DNA from: a virus
Reading direction: 5' to 3' (one strand)
IMG/VR virus record: IMGVR_UViG_3300044535_002275
Coordinates: 32,001-96,000 of that record
DNA: 64,000 nucleotides
Program-made: the position numbers and the translations under genes
Shown here: positions 50,420 through 59,287 of the stretch, in pieces
How the letters are laid out: the number at the start of each line of letters is the position of its first letter
How positions within the stretch are numbered: the stretch's first letter is position 1
The notes under the pieces: generated by a model
What the model was told of the DNA's origin: nothing
Database searches by the model: none
The model's input: the letters and a program-made list of their open reading frames with translations, nothing else

Positions 50420-52471
50420 TTACTTGCTTTGTGCTATAAACACGCCGTTCCAGTCGCCGGGCAGTCGCTGTGTCTTTTGAAACTCGCAGCGTTCAATCCA
50501 CATGGTATAGTAATCAGTCATTCGACCATCAAACTCTGATTTCAGCTGTTCACACATTTCGATTGCTTGATCAAATTTCTGAGCACGATACAGACGGTGC
50601 ATTTCGTCGTGTTCTCTTTGTGATCTAACCTGTCGCAGTGTAGCATCACCAATGGCACTTAACACAGTGTAGATACCAACCCCAACTGACTTGCCTTTCA
50701 CGGCCAAGTCATCTATCTTGAGAAACAAGAACGCATCTCCGCACTGTTTGACTGTGTTCTCTCCAACCAACAGTACACAACCATATTCTTTACACTTGCT
50801 TTCAATGCGAGCTGTAGTACTCACAGCATCACCTAACACATCATAACTGTGTCGTGCAGTTGATCCCATTTCACCTATGTAGCCTAATCCTGTATTGATA
50901 CCAGCACCCATCTTAACACCTGGACGACCTCGAGCTTCTAATTCTCGACTAAACTCTTTGACTGCTTGAACCATTTTGAGTCCCACTGCCACAGCAGTCC
51001 GAGCGTGGTCGGGATCATCAATAGGAGCATTGTGTATGTGCATTGACGCATCGCCGATGTACTTGATGATCATACCGTTGGCTTCTAATACTGGTCGAGT
51101 GATAGCATCCATGTAGCCGTTCATGACTTCTGTCAAGCCTTTAACATCGTCTCCGAAACTTTCTCCTAATGGTGTAAAGCCGCGCAGATCACTGAAGCAG
51201 ATTGATACTTCTTTTTTAACACCCTTCTTGATCAGGTCAGGATTCTCTTGCAGCAGACGAACCACAGTAGGGCTGGCATAACCAGCAAATTGTTTCTTGA
51301 TGGCTTGCTTCTGTAGGAACTCGCTTACAAACTTAACACCATAAGCATGCAGAAGAACAAGACCCAGGCCCACAGCGATAGCAGTACTATCCACGAGCCA
51401 ACTATAAGCAGAAAACAGATATACACTACCACCGATACTGCCAGCAAGCACGACAACAGCAGAAATAATTCCAACATAAACCCACCTTGTTAACATTAAT
51501 AATATGATACTCAACACAACCAGTGCTACAATTTCGGCACCATCTGCCCAGTCAGGTCTTTGAATCGCAACACCGTTTAACAGTGTACCTACTACAGCGG
51601 CCTGTACTGCATGCGGATGAACAGCACCTAGACCGGTTGCCACTGGATTACTGATACCAGCAGCAGTTGGGCCCACAATGACCAAGGCACCATCAAACGA
51701 TTCGGGCAATGCAGTCATGGTGGCCGAATGTGCAGTCTGGCTCCAGTCGATCCATACACGGCCCAGGCTGTCGGTAGCAACAGGGCCAAACTTGGGAATA
51801 CGTATGCGTTCTACTCCTGACTCATTTAGTTTGACTTGGAATGTGGTATCGGATGCAGCCACTCGCATGATTTCAAATGCCAGGCTGGGGTACAAGCGAT
51901 CGCCCACAGCAATCACCAACGGCATGCGTCTATTGACACCGTCTAATTCAGGCAAGGTATGGACAGTGCCTACTCCCCGTGCTGGTCGTTCTAATTCTGG
52001 GATGTTGGCGATCATGCCAGGATATGACACAATGCGATCCAAGTATTGCGATCCAATCACAGCAGATCCAGGTCTACGTGGAGTATTTTTATTTTGTTCT
52101 GCTGGGATGTTGGGCAAGATTACCAGGTGCTTTTGCATTACAGACGACAATGCAGCATCGCCGCCGGCACGATCTGTTTCCGGCATCAGTACATTGAATA
52201 CCACTAGCCCAGCATCACGACGATACAGTTCTTCGATCAACTCAGCATAAACTGTTCTGGGAAAGGGCCATTGGCCATGTTTATTGATTGCAGCTTCGTC
52301 TATGTCCACAGTCCAAATTTCATTAACAGTGGGAGCCTGATTAACAATAAGCGTATCAAAGTATCTCAAGCGAACGCTTTCAACAAATGCAGGATCTGCT
52401 GCACGAATAACCACAATCAAGGCCAAAGTAACAACAGCAGTCCAAGGACTTAGCAAGATCTTTTTTATCAT
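50420..52471 (-). CDS. CHASE2-domain class III adenylate cyclase
   Basis: N-terminal TM, CHASE2 (VDIDE...GQWPFPR; DGVNRRMPL), three TMs, cyclase FSDLRGFT, KYIGDA, YDVLGDAVSTTARIE. Start MIKK at 52471. Confidence 0.92.
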   Translation of the reverse strand: MIKKILLSPWTAVVTLALIVVIRAADPAFVESVRLRYFDTLIVNQAPTVNEIWTVDIDEAAINKHGQWPFPRTVYAELIEELYRRDAGLVVFNVLMPETDRAGGDAALSSVMQKHLVILPNIPAEQNKNTPRRPGSAVIGSQYLDRIVSYPGMIANIPELERPARGVGTVHTLPELDGVNRRMPLVIAVGDRLYPSLAFEIMRVAASDTTFQVKLNESGVERIRIPKFGPVATDSLGRVWIDWSQTAHSATMTALPESFDGALVIVGPTAAGISNPVATGLGAVHPHAVQAAVVGTLLNGVAIQRPDWADGAEIVALVVLSIILLMLTRWVYVGIISAVVVLAGSIGGSVYLFSAYSWLVDSTAIAVGLGLVLLHAYGVKFVSEFLQKQAIKKQFAGYASPTVVRLLQENPDLIKKGVKKEVSICFSDLRGFTPLGESFGDDVKGLTEVMNGYMDAITRPVLEANGMIIKYIGDASMHIHNAPIDDPDHARTAVAVGLKMVQAVKEFSRELEARGRPGVKMGAGINTGLGYIGEMGSTARHSYDVLGDAVSTTARIESKCKEYGCVLLVGENTVKQCGDAFLFLKIDDLAVKGKSVGVGIYTVLSAIGDATLRQVRSQREHDEMHRLYRAQKFDQAIEMCEQLKSEFDGRMTDYYTMWIERCEFQKTQRLPGDWNGVFIAQSK

Positions 52472-52475
52472 AAGT

Positions 52476-52865
52476 TTATTTTGTAGTAGAGTCGCTGAAC
52501 ACGTACACACGTATTGGTGTACCTGACTTTGCGGCACGAGCACTTCTATGATGCCCGTCTAATATATAAAGCCTGCGGTCTTTTTTGTACACCACAGGTA
52601 AATCTTCATATTCGTCAAACAAGGCTCCGTCACTACCGTAGTTGCTGAGCCAGTCTTGTGTGGCAAACAACTGAGCAGGATTTACTGTAGCTACTTGTGG
52701 TTCGACGCCGGCTGCTATCTGTGCTTCCACCGCGTTGTGTAATAGGCCTGCATCTAGATAATCATCTGCTTTTTCAAATTCAGCAGTGCTAGGATCCAAA
52801 TATTGACCTATACGTAAATTGGTGCGCCATATATTGGGGTCTTGAGTAATTTCTGTTATTCTCAT
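52476..52865 (-). CDS. ParB/sulfiredoxin-like domain protein
   Basis: LFATQ, P.V, ILDGHHR; CTAAATA upstream and MRITEI N-terminus. Confidence 0.65.
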   Translation of the reverse strand: MRITEITQDPNIWRTNLRIGQYLDPSTAEFEKADDYLDAGLLHNAVEAQIAAGVEPQVATVNPAQLFATQDWLSNYGSDGALFDEYEDLPVVYKKDRRLYILDGHHRSARAAKSGTPIRVYVFSDSTTK

Positions 52866-52884
52866 AGTAGCAATATTTAGTCAC

Positions 52885-52906
52885 AAAGAAGCCCCAAAAG
52901 GGGCTA
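52885..52906 (-). terminator. Terminator after pstS
   Basis: AGCCCC-TTTT-GGGGCT then TCTTT. Confidence 0.7.
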
Positions 52907-52959
52907 ATTACTGGTTACGAGTTCCAGTGTGTACTCTATCTTGTACCCGGTTTACTTGA

Positions 52960-53970
52960 TTATTTTGCGATCTTGGACCAAACTTTATTACGAATTTGGT
53001 CGGTTAGCGTGTCAGGCAGTGCTACATAGTCCAGCTCTGATGCCAAGGCTTTGCCGTTCTTGAATGCCCAGTCAAAAAACTTGATGACTTCTGCTGAAGC
53101 TTTTGGGTCAGCGGGCTTGGCATACACTAGAATAAAACTGGCACCAGCAATGGGCCAGCTCTTAGCACCTGTGGCATCAATAATGCTTATGCCCATGCCT
53201 GGCTTACTGAACCAATCAGCATCGGCTGCTGCTGCGGCAAAGGATTCTTCGTTGGGATTTACATAGTGTCCATCACGATTCTGCAATTGAAGATGTTTGA
53301 TGTTGTTCTTTTTAGCGTAGGCATATTCTACATAACCAATGGCGCCAGCAACTCGTCTCACATTAGCAGCTACACCTTCGTTGCCTTTACCGCCAACTGA
53401 ACTGGCTGCGGGCCATTTGACAGCATTGCCTTTGCCAATCTTGTCTGCCCAGTCCTTGGATACTGTAGCAAGATAGTCGGTAAAGTGGTAAGTAGTGCCC
53501 GAACCGTCAGCACGATGTACCACGGTGATATTTTGATTGGGCAACTGCTTGCCGGGATTCAGTGCTGCTATCTTGGCATCATTCCATTTGAGGATGTTGC
53601 CTTGATAAATTTCAGCCAACACTGCACCAGTTAGTCGCAGTTCGCCTGGCTTGAATCCATCCAAATTGGCTATTGGCACCACACCGCCTAAGATAGCTGG
53701 GAATTGCAACAAGCCCAGCTTGTCCAAAGTGTCACCTGCTACTGGAGCATCTGACGCACCAAAGTTTACTGTTTTGTTGGTGATTTGACGAACACCACCA
53801 GAACTACCAATACTTTGATAATTGAATCTTACGCCGGTTTCTTTGTTGTAAACTTCTGCCCACTTGGCATAGATGGGATAGGGGAATGTTGCACCAGCAC
53901 CTGTGATTTGTTGTGCTGATACTGCAAAACTTGATACTGCTAATAATAGTACAGCTACTATTTTTTTCAT
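52960..53970 (-). CDS. pstS: Phosphate ABC transporter substrate-binding protein
   Basis: Signal peptide, GAGATFP, YQSIGSSGG, FGASD, RADGSGTT, GAIGYVE. Confidence 0.96.
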   Translation of the reverse strand: MKKIVAVLLLAVSSFAVSAQQITGAGATFPYPIYAKWAEVYNKETGVRFNYQSIGSSGGVRQITNKTVNFGASDAPVAGDTLDKLGLLQFPAILGGVVPIANLDGFKPGELRLTGAVLAEIYQGNILKWNDAKIAALNPGKQLPNQNITVVHRADGSGTTYHFTDYLATVSKDWADKIGKGNAVKWPAASSVGGKGNEGVAANVRRVAGAIGYVEYAYAKKNNIKHLQLQNRDGHYVNPNEESFAAAAADADWFSKPGMGISIIDATGAKSWPIAGASFILVYAKPADPKASAEVIKFFDWAFKNGKALASELDYVALPDTLTDQIRNKVWSKIAK

Positions 53971-54002
53971 TGTAAATCTCCTTGTGAAAAGTATTTACAA
54001 TA

Positions 54003-54036
54003 ATAGTAGCATATTATTATTACAGTTGCGTGACAA
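54003..54036 (-). promoter_or_regulatory. Pho box promoter of pstS
   Basis: TTGTCAC-GCAA-CTGTAAT (54036-54019), 10 nt, then -10 TACTAT; canonical PhoB geometry. Confidence 0.75.
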
Positions 54037-54049
54037 AAGCAGCTTTTGT

Positions 54050-54337
54050 CTATTTTGTTTTTGTAGTGTGACCAGTTCCTAACCCAATTACACAGACCAT
54101 GTCGGTGTTAAATTGTATAAGAGTCCACCCACCAGTTTTTTCGTCCACCAATAAGGCATAACGACTTGAGACACCTGAGCCAATCCAAAAAGGTCGTTCA
54201 GTAGGGTTGGCTTCGATCAAGGCTCGAAATGCAACTTCGGGTGTTTCGCATATAACTTTTTTGTCTACAGTCACAGGTCCCGATTGGGCCAAACTCAGGG
54301 CAGGCAACAGTAGAATACTAGCCAATAAATGTTTCAT
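54050..54337 (-). CDS. Small exported protein
   Basis: Signal peptide (SLA|Q), two Cys, GGAG RBS. Confidence 0.6.
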   Translation of the reverse strand: MKHLLASILLLPALSLAQSGPVTVDKKVICETPEVAFRALIEANPTERPFWIGSGVSSRYALLVDEKTGGWTLIQFNTDMVCVIGLGTGHTTKTK

Positions 54338-54411
54338 AGTATTCTCCGTGTTACTGCTATTTACCCTAAACCACTGTTATCGCACTGCAATTTGCAGCAC
54401 AAAAACGTTGT

Positions 54412-55503
54412 TTATTTTTGTACGATTGTAATTGCAGTGTTACCACCTTGGTTAACTTGTTGTCTAACTTGTACTCCGCCTTGATTTATGTTGATCACAG
54501 CATTGGACTCGGTGCCGACAGTGACTTCGGCAATGTGATCGGTCCTACGATACAAAGTGATCTTGCTTTTGTCATCATTGAAATAGTATCCGATGTTGGT
54601 GGCAGGATTATAATTGGGCAAGATATTTTTTTCAAAGGCACTGCCCAGTGCTGTTTTATTCTGTGCTGATAGTTCGTCTGTTTCGGCCAAGGCCAGGAGA
54701 TCAATGTCTAAATCATTACGATCGATCTCTTTCTTTTCGTCTAGTTCGTTTTTATCCAAGTCCTTGAACGCCAATAAATCCACATCAAGATCGTTTTTAT
54801 CCAACTCAGTCTTGTCCGACCGATACGCAGTTTCTTTAATTTCCACCGGCGGACTTATGATCAACATGTTGTTGATGTTGGCCTGATCGATTGAAATCAC
54901 AGTGGGATTAGATGGAGCAGAGGTCAAACTGTTGACCACAGTGGCTTGATAAGCCACATCCAACAACACACTTCCTGCTTCGTTGGAAACTTCGATAGCA
55001 CCAGTCACACACCCTTTCTTGTCGCAGCTGGGCAATAGCATGACCAAGCTGCGACCCAATTCATCCACCGTCATAGAGAAGTCTGTGCCACGCACTGCTA
55101 CAGTAGCAGTGGGAGTTCGTACGTTGACTGCTTGTGGATTATTTTTAGCAATCTGACCAGACGCATAACGTGCTGTGCCTAGTGCAACTCGCATGGCCAG
55201 CTTGCCTGTTCCTTGCGAAGCGTCGTACACAAAGTCATCTATGACCAGTTTACTTTGCTCAGTTATTTTGACCGTGGTTTTATCTTCGAACGACAAAGTG
55301 ACACGACTCTTGGCAGTGGTCACTGTGTCCTGCATCTCGATTGCGGTGTTGATTGAACTCTCAACACTTTTTTTATTTCTGACAATTTCTGTAGGACCAG
55401 TCTGTTCAGTGACTCGCCCCACAGGAGCTGCAAAATTAGTTGGACTGATTGACAGTAATAGAGTTACTGTTACCAGTTGAAGTAATAGTTGCTTGTTGTA
55501 CAT
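54412..55503 (-). CDS. FecR-domain protein with an acidic repeat linker and a curlin-like C-terminus
   Basis: DTVTT...LSFEDKTTVKI.EQS.L.ID, VRTPTATVAVRGTDF; its signal peptide overlaps the curlin gene end. Confidence 0.85.
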   Translation of the reverse strand: MYNKQLLLQLVTVTLLLSISPTNFAAPVGRVTEQTGPTEIVRNKKSVESSINTAIEMQDTVTTAKSRVTLSFEDKTTVKITEQSKLVIDDFVYDASQGTGKLAMRVALGTARYASGQIAKNNPQAVNVRTPTATVAVRGTDFSMTVDELGRSLVMLLPSCDKKGCVTGAIEVSNEAGSVLLDVAYQATVVNSLTSAPSNPTVISIDQANINNMLIISPPVEIKETAYRSDKTELDKNDLDVDLLAFKDLDKNELDEKKEIDRNDLDIDLLALAETDELSAQNKTALGSAFEKNILPNYNPATNIGYYFNDDKSKITLYRRTDHIAEVTVGTESNAVININQGGVQVRQQVNQGGNTAITIVQK

Positions 55504-56047
55504 TGGTTCCGCCTTGTGTCAAGCTGATGGTATTGCCACTTAACGCTACTCCGCCAGTGACTGTTATGATTGCTGAGTGCGCACCAGAACCTGACGTGGT
55601 ATGTGTCACTGTGTTCTCATCACCGGTGATCAAGATCTCACTGTACTGAGTAGCAGATGCAACCAAGTTTTGTGTCACTGTGTTGTTGTCACCAGTGACT
55701 TGTTGCTTGATGAAACTGCTGCCGCATGTGGCACTGTTGGCAGTACCGCAATTGATCACCTGTGTGTTGTTGCTGCCGTTGGTGGTCACAGTTGCAGTAA
55801 TTGCAGCGCCGTTGATGATCATGTCCAAGGCATTCGAGCTACCAATTTGATCAATGGTTACTATATTGGCATCGCCTTTGATTATGGAAGGTGTGCCGTC
55901 AGCGCCTATCCTGTTGCTGTTGCCATCCTGTAGTATGGTGATAGCAGCACCATCACCTACCTGTTCTATATAAACATCATTTGCTTGAGCTGTAGGCACC
56001 CAAGCCAGGGCAGCGATTACTGCCATTATTCCAAAACGTTTAAGCAT
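55436..56047 (-). CDS. Curlin-repeat (CsgA/CsgB-like) exported protein
   Basis: Signal peptide; N...I.Q.G..N repeats (NDVYIEQVG, ITILQDGNSN, VTIDQIGSSN, ISLTQGG, ITVNQSN). Confidence 0.75.
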   Translation of the reverse strand: MLKRFGIMAVIAALAWVPTAQANDVYIEQVGDGAAITILQDGNSNRIGADGTPSIIKGDANIVTIDQIGSSNALDMIINGAAITATVTTNGSNNTQVINCGTANSATCGSSFIKQQVTGDNNTVTQNLVASATQYSEILITGDENTVTHTTSGSGAHSAIITVTGGVALSGNTISLTQGGTNVQQATITSTGNSNSITVNQSN

Positions 56048-56066
56048 TTTTTGCTCCTTTTTATTA

Positions 56067-56849
56067 TTATTTTTTGAACCGCCATAAACCTGAACGTTCT
56101 CCGCTCATGATCATTTCATACACAGCCTGCTCAATTGCCACACGTACTGCATAAGTTGTGGGCTCATTCAAGGTTGCACCGTTTTCTAATTCTATGCTTT
56201 TAGTAGCAGAGTCAAAGAATTTAAGTGCGCCCAGAGTATGAGCTGTACTGTATATTGTTTTGGAGATACTGTTGCTGATCAACACTTCTCCTGAGTTGAC
56301 TGATATCAGTCTAATGCTGACTACCACTTCGTCAACTCGATACTGTTGGCTTCCGCCGATGCCTAGTATTCTAGCACCGCTTCCGCCTGTTCTGATGTTG
56401 CTGTCATAACCAATGATGCCACCTTCTATTATGAGTCCAGCCACTATCATGGGCTTGAGAGGTTTGGCATCCTTGCCTTCGTAAATTTCTCGCTGATTAC
56501 GTATCAGCTGACGTTCCTTGATCAAGTTGTCCAGGCCCACACGCTCGACCACACGGAACCAACCCGGCACATCCTTTAGGCTCTTGATCAAGAACACTTC
56601 AGCCCCTTGTGTCACTGCTTTGCTGAACACAGCCAACTTATCGTTGGGTTTCAGCTGTCCTGTCTTGTCAGCAAATCCGTACACTGCCACAGTGACAACA
56701 GGACCATCGAGAGGAGGAATCTTTTCAATGAGATTCACTCGTGGTTTGATCTCCACGGGTTCCTCGCGAGCTGCGCTCATGTGAATCTGAGCACACCCGC
56801 CGACTAAAGCAAGTAGTAAAACGGCTAGGATACGCATGTTAAAACGCAA
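56067..56849 (-). CDS. csgG: Curli secretion channel CsgG-like lipoprotein
   Basis: Lipobox LVGG-C, VAVYGFADKTGQ.K, AVTQG, WFRVVERVGLDNL.KERQLIR, IEGGIIGYDSN, NEP. Start may be 56837. Confidence 0.92.
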   Translation of the reverse strand: MRFNMRILAVLLLALVGGCAQIHMSAAREEPVEIKPRVNLIEKIPPLDGPVVTVAVYGFADKTGQLKPNDKLAVFSKAVTQGAEVFLIKSLKDVPGWFRVVERVGLDNLIKERQLIRNQREIYEGKDAKPLKPMIVAGLIIEGGIIGYDSNIRTGGSGARILGIGGSQQYRVDEVVVSIRLISVNSGEVLISNSISKTIYSTAHTLGALKFFDSATKSIELENGATLNEPTTYAVRVAIEQAVYEMIMSGERSGLWRFKK

Positions 56850-57288
56850 AGCTCGCTATTGGTACAACAACTTCAGTTCTATTACCTGTGGTATCTAGTA
56901 TGGTTAGAGTCACCGTGCTGCCATTCTTGAGCCACGTGATGCTGCTGCCTTGAAAGTCCAAGGTGCCGGTGTTCTTGTCTGACTCACCGAACATGTTGTC
57001 GGCCAACTGTTTGCTCAACTGCGCATAGATTCTTGATTCCAAGTTTACAATAAACTTGGCCAAGGTGGTGTTCTTGGCATCACGCTCGGCCTTGTCTCGG
57101 GCTGCTTGTTCAGCATCGTTAATTTTTTGTCGACGTTGTGTTTCTAATTGTTCTATGGTCAACACATGTGCCGAATAGCCCTGGCCACTAAAGGCAGGGC
57201 TAGAAAATTGGTGCACCAATTCGCTGGCCTGTGTACTGCCGCCTACGACCGATAGTGCCAGCATGATTGCTGTCAACCCGGTTCTCAT
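56839..57288 (-). CDS. csgF: Curli assembly component CsgF-like
   Basis: Signal peptide, ELVHQFSSPAFSG, F..NLESRIYAQLS.QL, TEVVVP. Confidence 0.85.
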   Translation of the reverse strand: MRTGLTAIMLALSVVGGSTQASELVHQFSSPAFSGQGYSAHVLTIEQLETQRRQKINDAEQAARDKAERDAKNTTLAKFIVNLESRIYAQLSKQLADNMFGESDKNTGTLDFQGSSITWLKNGSTVTLTILDTTGNRTEVVVPIASFAF

Positions 57289-57357
57289 TGTAAACGCTCC
57301 TGTTATTTTTTACCTGCTTTATATTTAATCATACCGCGAAATTAGTTATGTACACAC

Positions 57358-57389
57358 AAAGAAAAATCCTGCCGAGGCAGGATTTTCTT
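57358..57389 (-). terminator. Terminator after ompA
   Basis: AAAATCCTGC-CTCG-GCAGGATTTT then TCTTT. Confidence 0.75.
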
Positions 57390-57409
57390 GTACGCTAAAG
57401 AGTGTACGC

Positions 57410-57958
57410 TTACTTGATTGCAGTGATGACCACTCGTCGGTCGGGTGCCAGGCATGACTTGAGGCGTTCAAAGTTTTTCATTCCAGTACAAAGTTTTGTA
57501 CCTTCGGTTGGTTGTGTTGCTCCAACTCCTTGAGTGACAAACTTGCTCTTGAATCCCGACTTGGCATTCAGATAATCGCCTACCGCACCTGCACGTTGCT
57601 GACTCAATCGAAGATTGTAAGCAGCAGTGCCAATACGATCAGTGTGACCAACCACGGTCACTGTAGAACCTGGAGCAATGGTTGCAGCCAACTGATCCAG
57701 TGCTGCACGACCTACTGATGTAAGTGCTGCTGAATCAAATTCAAACAACACATCACCATTGATAGTGACAGGCGCACGTTCTGCAACAGGATCACATGCC
57801 TTGACTGCGTCAGCAGCGGTATAAGTTCCGGTATGCAAGCAAAGGCCTGAACCTGTACGAACAATCTGACCTGATCCATCTGTTACATATCCTGGAGTGC
57901 CTTGAGCAATGGCCAGGAATGCAACAGCGGATAACATGACGGCTAATAATGCTTTCAT
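57410..57958 (-). CDS. OmpA/RmpM-type peptidoglycan-binding protein
   Basis: Signal peptide, betaproteobacterial N-terminus GYVTDGSGQIVRTGSGLC, LFEFDSA.L, GHTDRIG, YN.RLS.QRA, CLAPDRRV. Confidence 0.9.
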   Translation of the reverse strand: MKALLAVMLSAVAFLAIAQGTPGYVTDGSGQIVRTGSGLCLHTGTYTAADAVKACDPVAERAPVTINGDVLFEFDSAALTSVGRAALDQLAATIAPGSTVTVVGHTDRIGTAAYNLRLSQQRAGAVGDYLNAKSGFKSKFVTQGVGATQPTEGTKLCTGMKNFERLKSCLAPDRRVVITAIK

Positions 57959-57972
57959 TGTTATCCTTTAGA

Positions 57973-59145
57973 TTAGAACTGGTGACGCAAGCCAACACCG
58001 ACCACAGTGCTCTTGGCAGTGTCAACAGTGGCCAGGTTATCCATGTAACTCACGTAAGCATACGCATTGGTGCGCTTGGTGAAATCATATGTATAGCCCA
58101 GGTTGTAAGCTGACTGATTCTGTGCATTGTAAACATCTTTCATGTTGGTGTTGGGAGTCAACAAGGTCCAGCTGACCATAACACGGCTTGCGGCATTGAC
58201 GGGGACAGTAGCACCCAGCAGGTAGCTGTTGTAACCCATGTTCTGATCAAAGATCACTTCGCCATTGGCATTGGCCGGATTACCGTTTAAATTAATACCA
58301 GCACCTGTAGCGCCATTGCCCTGACCCAGGATGTAACCACCGCGTGTTTGGCCGTACGCTGCTGACAATTTGGCAACCTTAAGATCATACGCTCCGCCCA
58401 GGTTCCATGAACTGGGATTGCTGGCACTGATAGAACTGGTAGGTGCATAAATCTTGTCATATGACAAGGCAGTATAAACTGGACCATTGGTGTAGTTGGC
58501 ACCTAATGACAACTGACGCACGTTGTTGTTGGTTTCAAAGTTGTAGCCAGTAGAACCTACTCTTGAAACTCTTGCAGCAGCACCATCAATAGCTGTGTTG
58601 CTCATGCCATTGGCAAATGAGTAAGCAGCACCTGCACGGAATCCTGACATCAAAGGTGACTGGTACTTGATGGCATTGCTCATACGCAAAGTATTAGCTG
58701 CACCAAATGCTGCACCAATGTTGGCTTGTCCGAAGCCTTGACTAAACGGATCAATTGCGCCGAAATAGTCAGAGGCTAAGTTGTATTGACGGCCGATACG
58801 AGCCAAGCCCCAGGCGTTGTTTTCCACACCCAGATAAGCCTGACGACCAAACAGCCGGTTGGATTGACCACTAGTGCCATTTCCTAATTCAAATCCGCTT
58901 TCTAAAACAAAAGTAACGCGGTTACCGTTGCCAATGTCTTCAACACCACGCAGACCAAAACGGTTGCCACTTTGTACGCCATATGCAGCACCAAAGTTTG
59001 ATGCAGACGCATCTTGCAAACTCACTGTTTGATAACGAATTCCAGCATCTAGAATACCGTACAGTGTAACAGATGATTGAGCTGTAGCTGCAAAGCTCAG
59101 GCCCATTGCGGCCGTTAGTACTGCTAGTTTATGAGTAACTTTCAT
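57973..59145 (-). CDS. Betaproteobacterial-type trimeric general porin
   Basis: AQSSVTLYGILDAG, RFGLRGVEDIGNG, LFGRQAYLG, C-terminal GLRHQF. Confidence 0.93.
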   Translation of the reverse strand: MKVTHKLAVLTAAMGLSFAATAQSSVTLYGILDAGIRYQTVSLQDASASNFGAAYGVQSGNRFGLRGVEDIGNGNRVTFVLESGFELGNGTSGQSNRLFGRQAYLGVENNAWGLARIGRQYNLASDYFGAIDPFSQGFGQANIGAAFGAANTLRMSNAIKYQSPLMSGFRAGAAYSFANGMSNTAIDGAAARVSRVGSTGYNFETNNNVRQLSLGANYTNGPVYTALSYDKIYAPTSSISASNPSSWNLGGAYDLKVAKLSAAYGQTRGGYILGQGNGATGAGINLNGNPANANGEVIFDQNMGYNSYLLGATVPVNAASRVMVSWTLLTPNTNMKDVYNAQNQSAYNLGYTYDFTKRTNAYAYVSYMDNLATVDTAKSTVVGVGLRHQF

Positions 59146-59196
59146 TACTTCTCCTTTAAAGTTTTAAAAAATGTGTATATATTTTATAGACAAGTA

Positions 59197-59225
59197 ATTA
59201 TATAGCGAATTGTGCAACGTGTCAA
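59197..59225 (-). promoter_or_regulatory. Consensus sigma70 promoter for porin-ompA
   Basis: TTGACA-N17-TATAAT. Confidence 0.8.
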
Positions 59226-59240
59226 ACATTTCGAACACAT

Positions 59241-59287
59241 AAAGAAAAAAGCCCACCGAAGTGGGCTTGGTGATTTCTGTTACGAGG
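59241..59287 (-). repeat. Second copy of the tmRNA 3' end plus terminator, downstream of the HNH gene
   Basis: CCTCGTAACAGAAATCACCAAGCCCACTTCGGTGGGCTTTT vs tmRNA CCTTCGAAACAGAAAATAGTAGCCCGCTTCGGCGGGCTTTT. Confidence 0.7.

Noticed and set aside
675-58502. Many 60-190 aa ORFs nested within or antisense to long genes (e.g. 51678..52250, 45489..46019, 48186..48698)
   Set aside because: They overlap well-supported genes and show no recognisable motif.
48451-59145. Host chromosome or prophage flank
   Set aside because: The host-like genes are interleaved with phage TAAATA promoters and phage-type ORFs, lack their bacterial operon partners (pstCAB, gmk/spoT), and no integrase or att site is seen.
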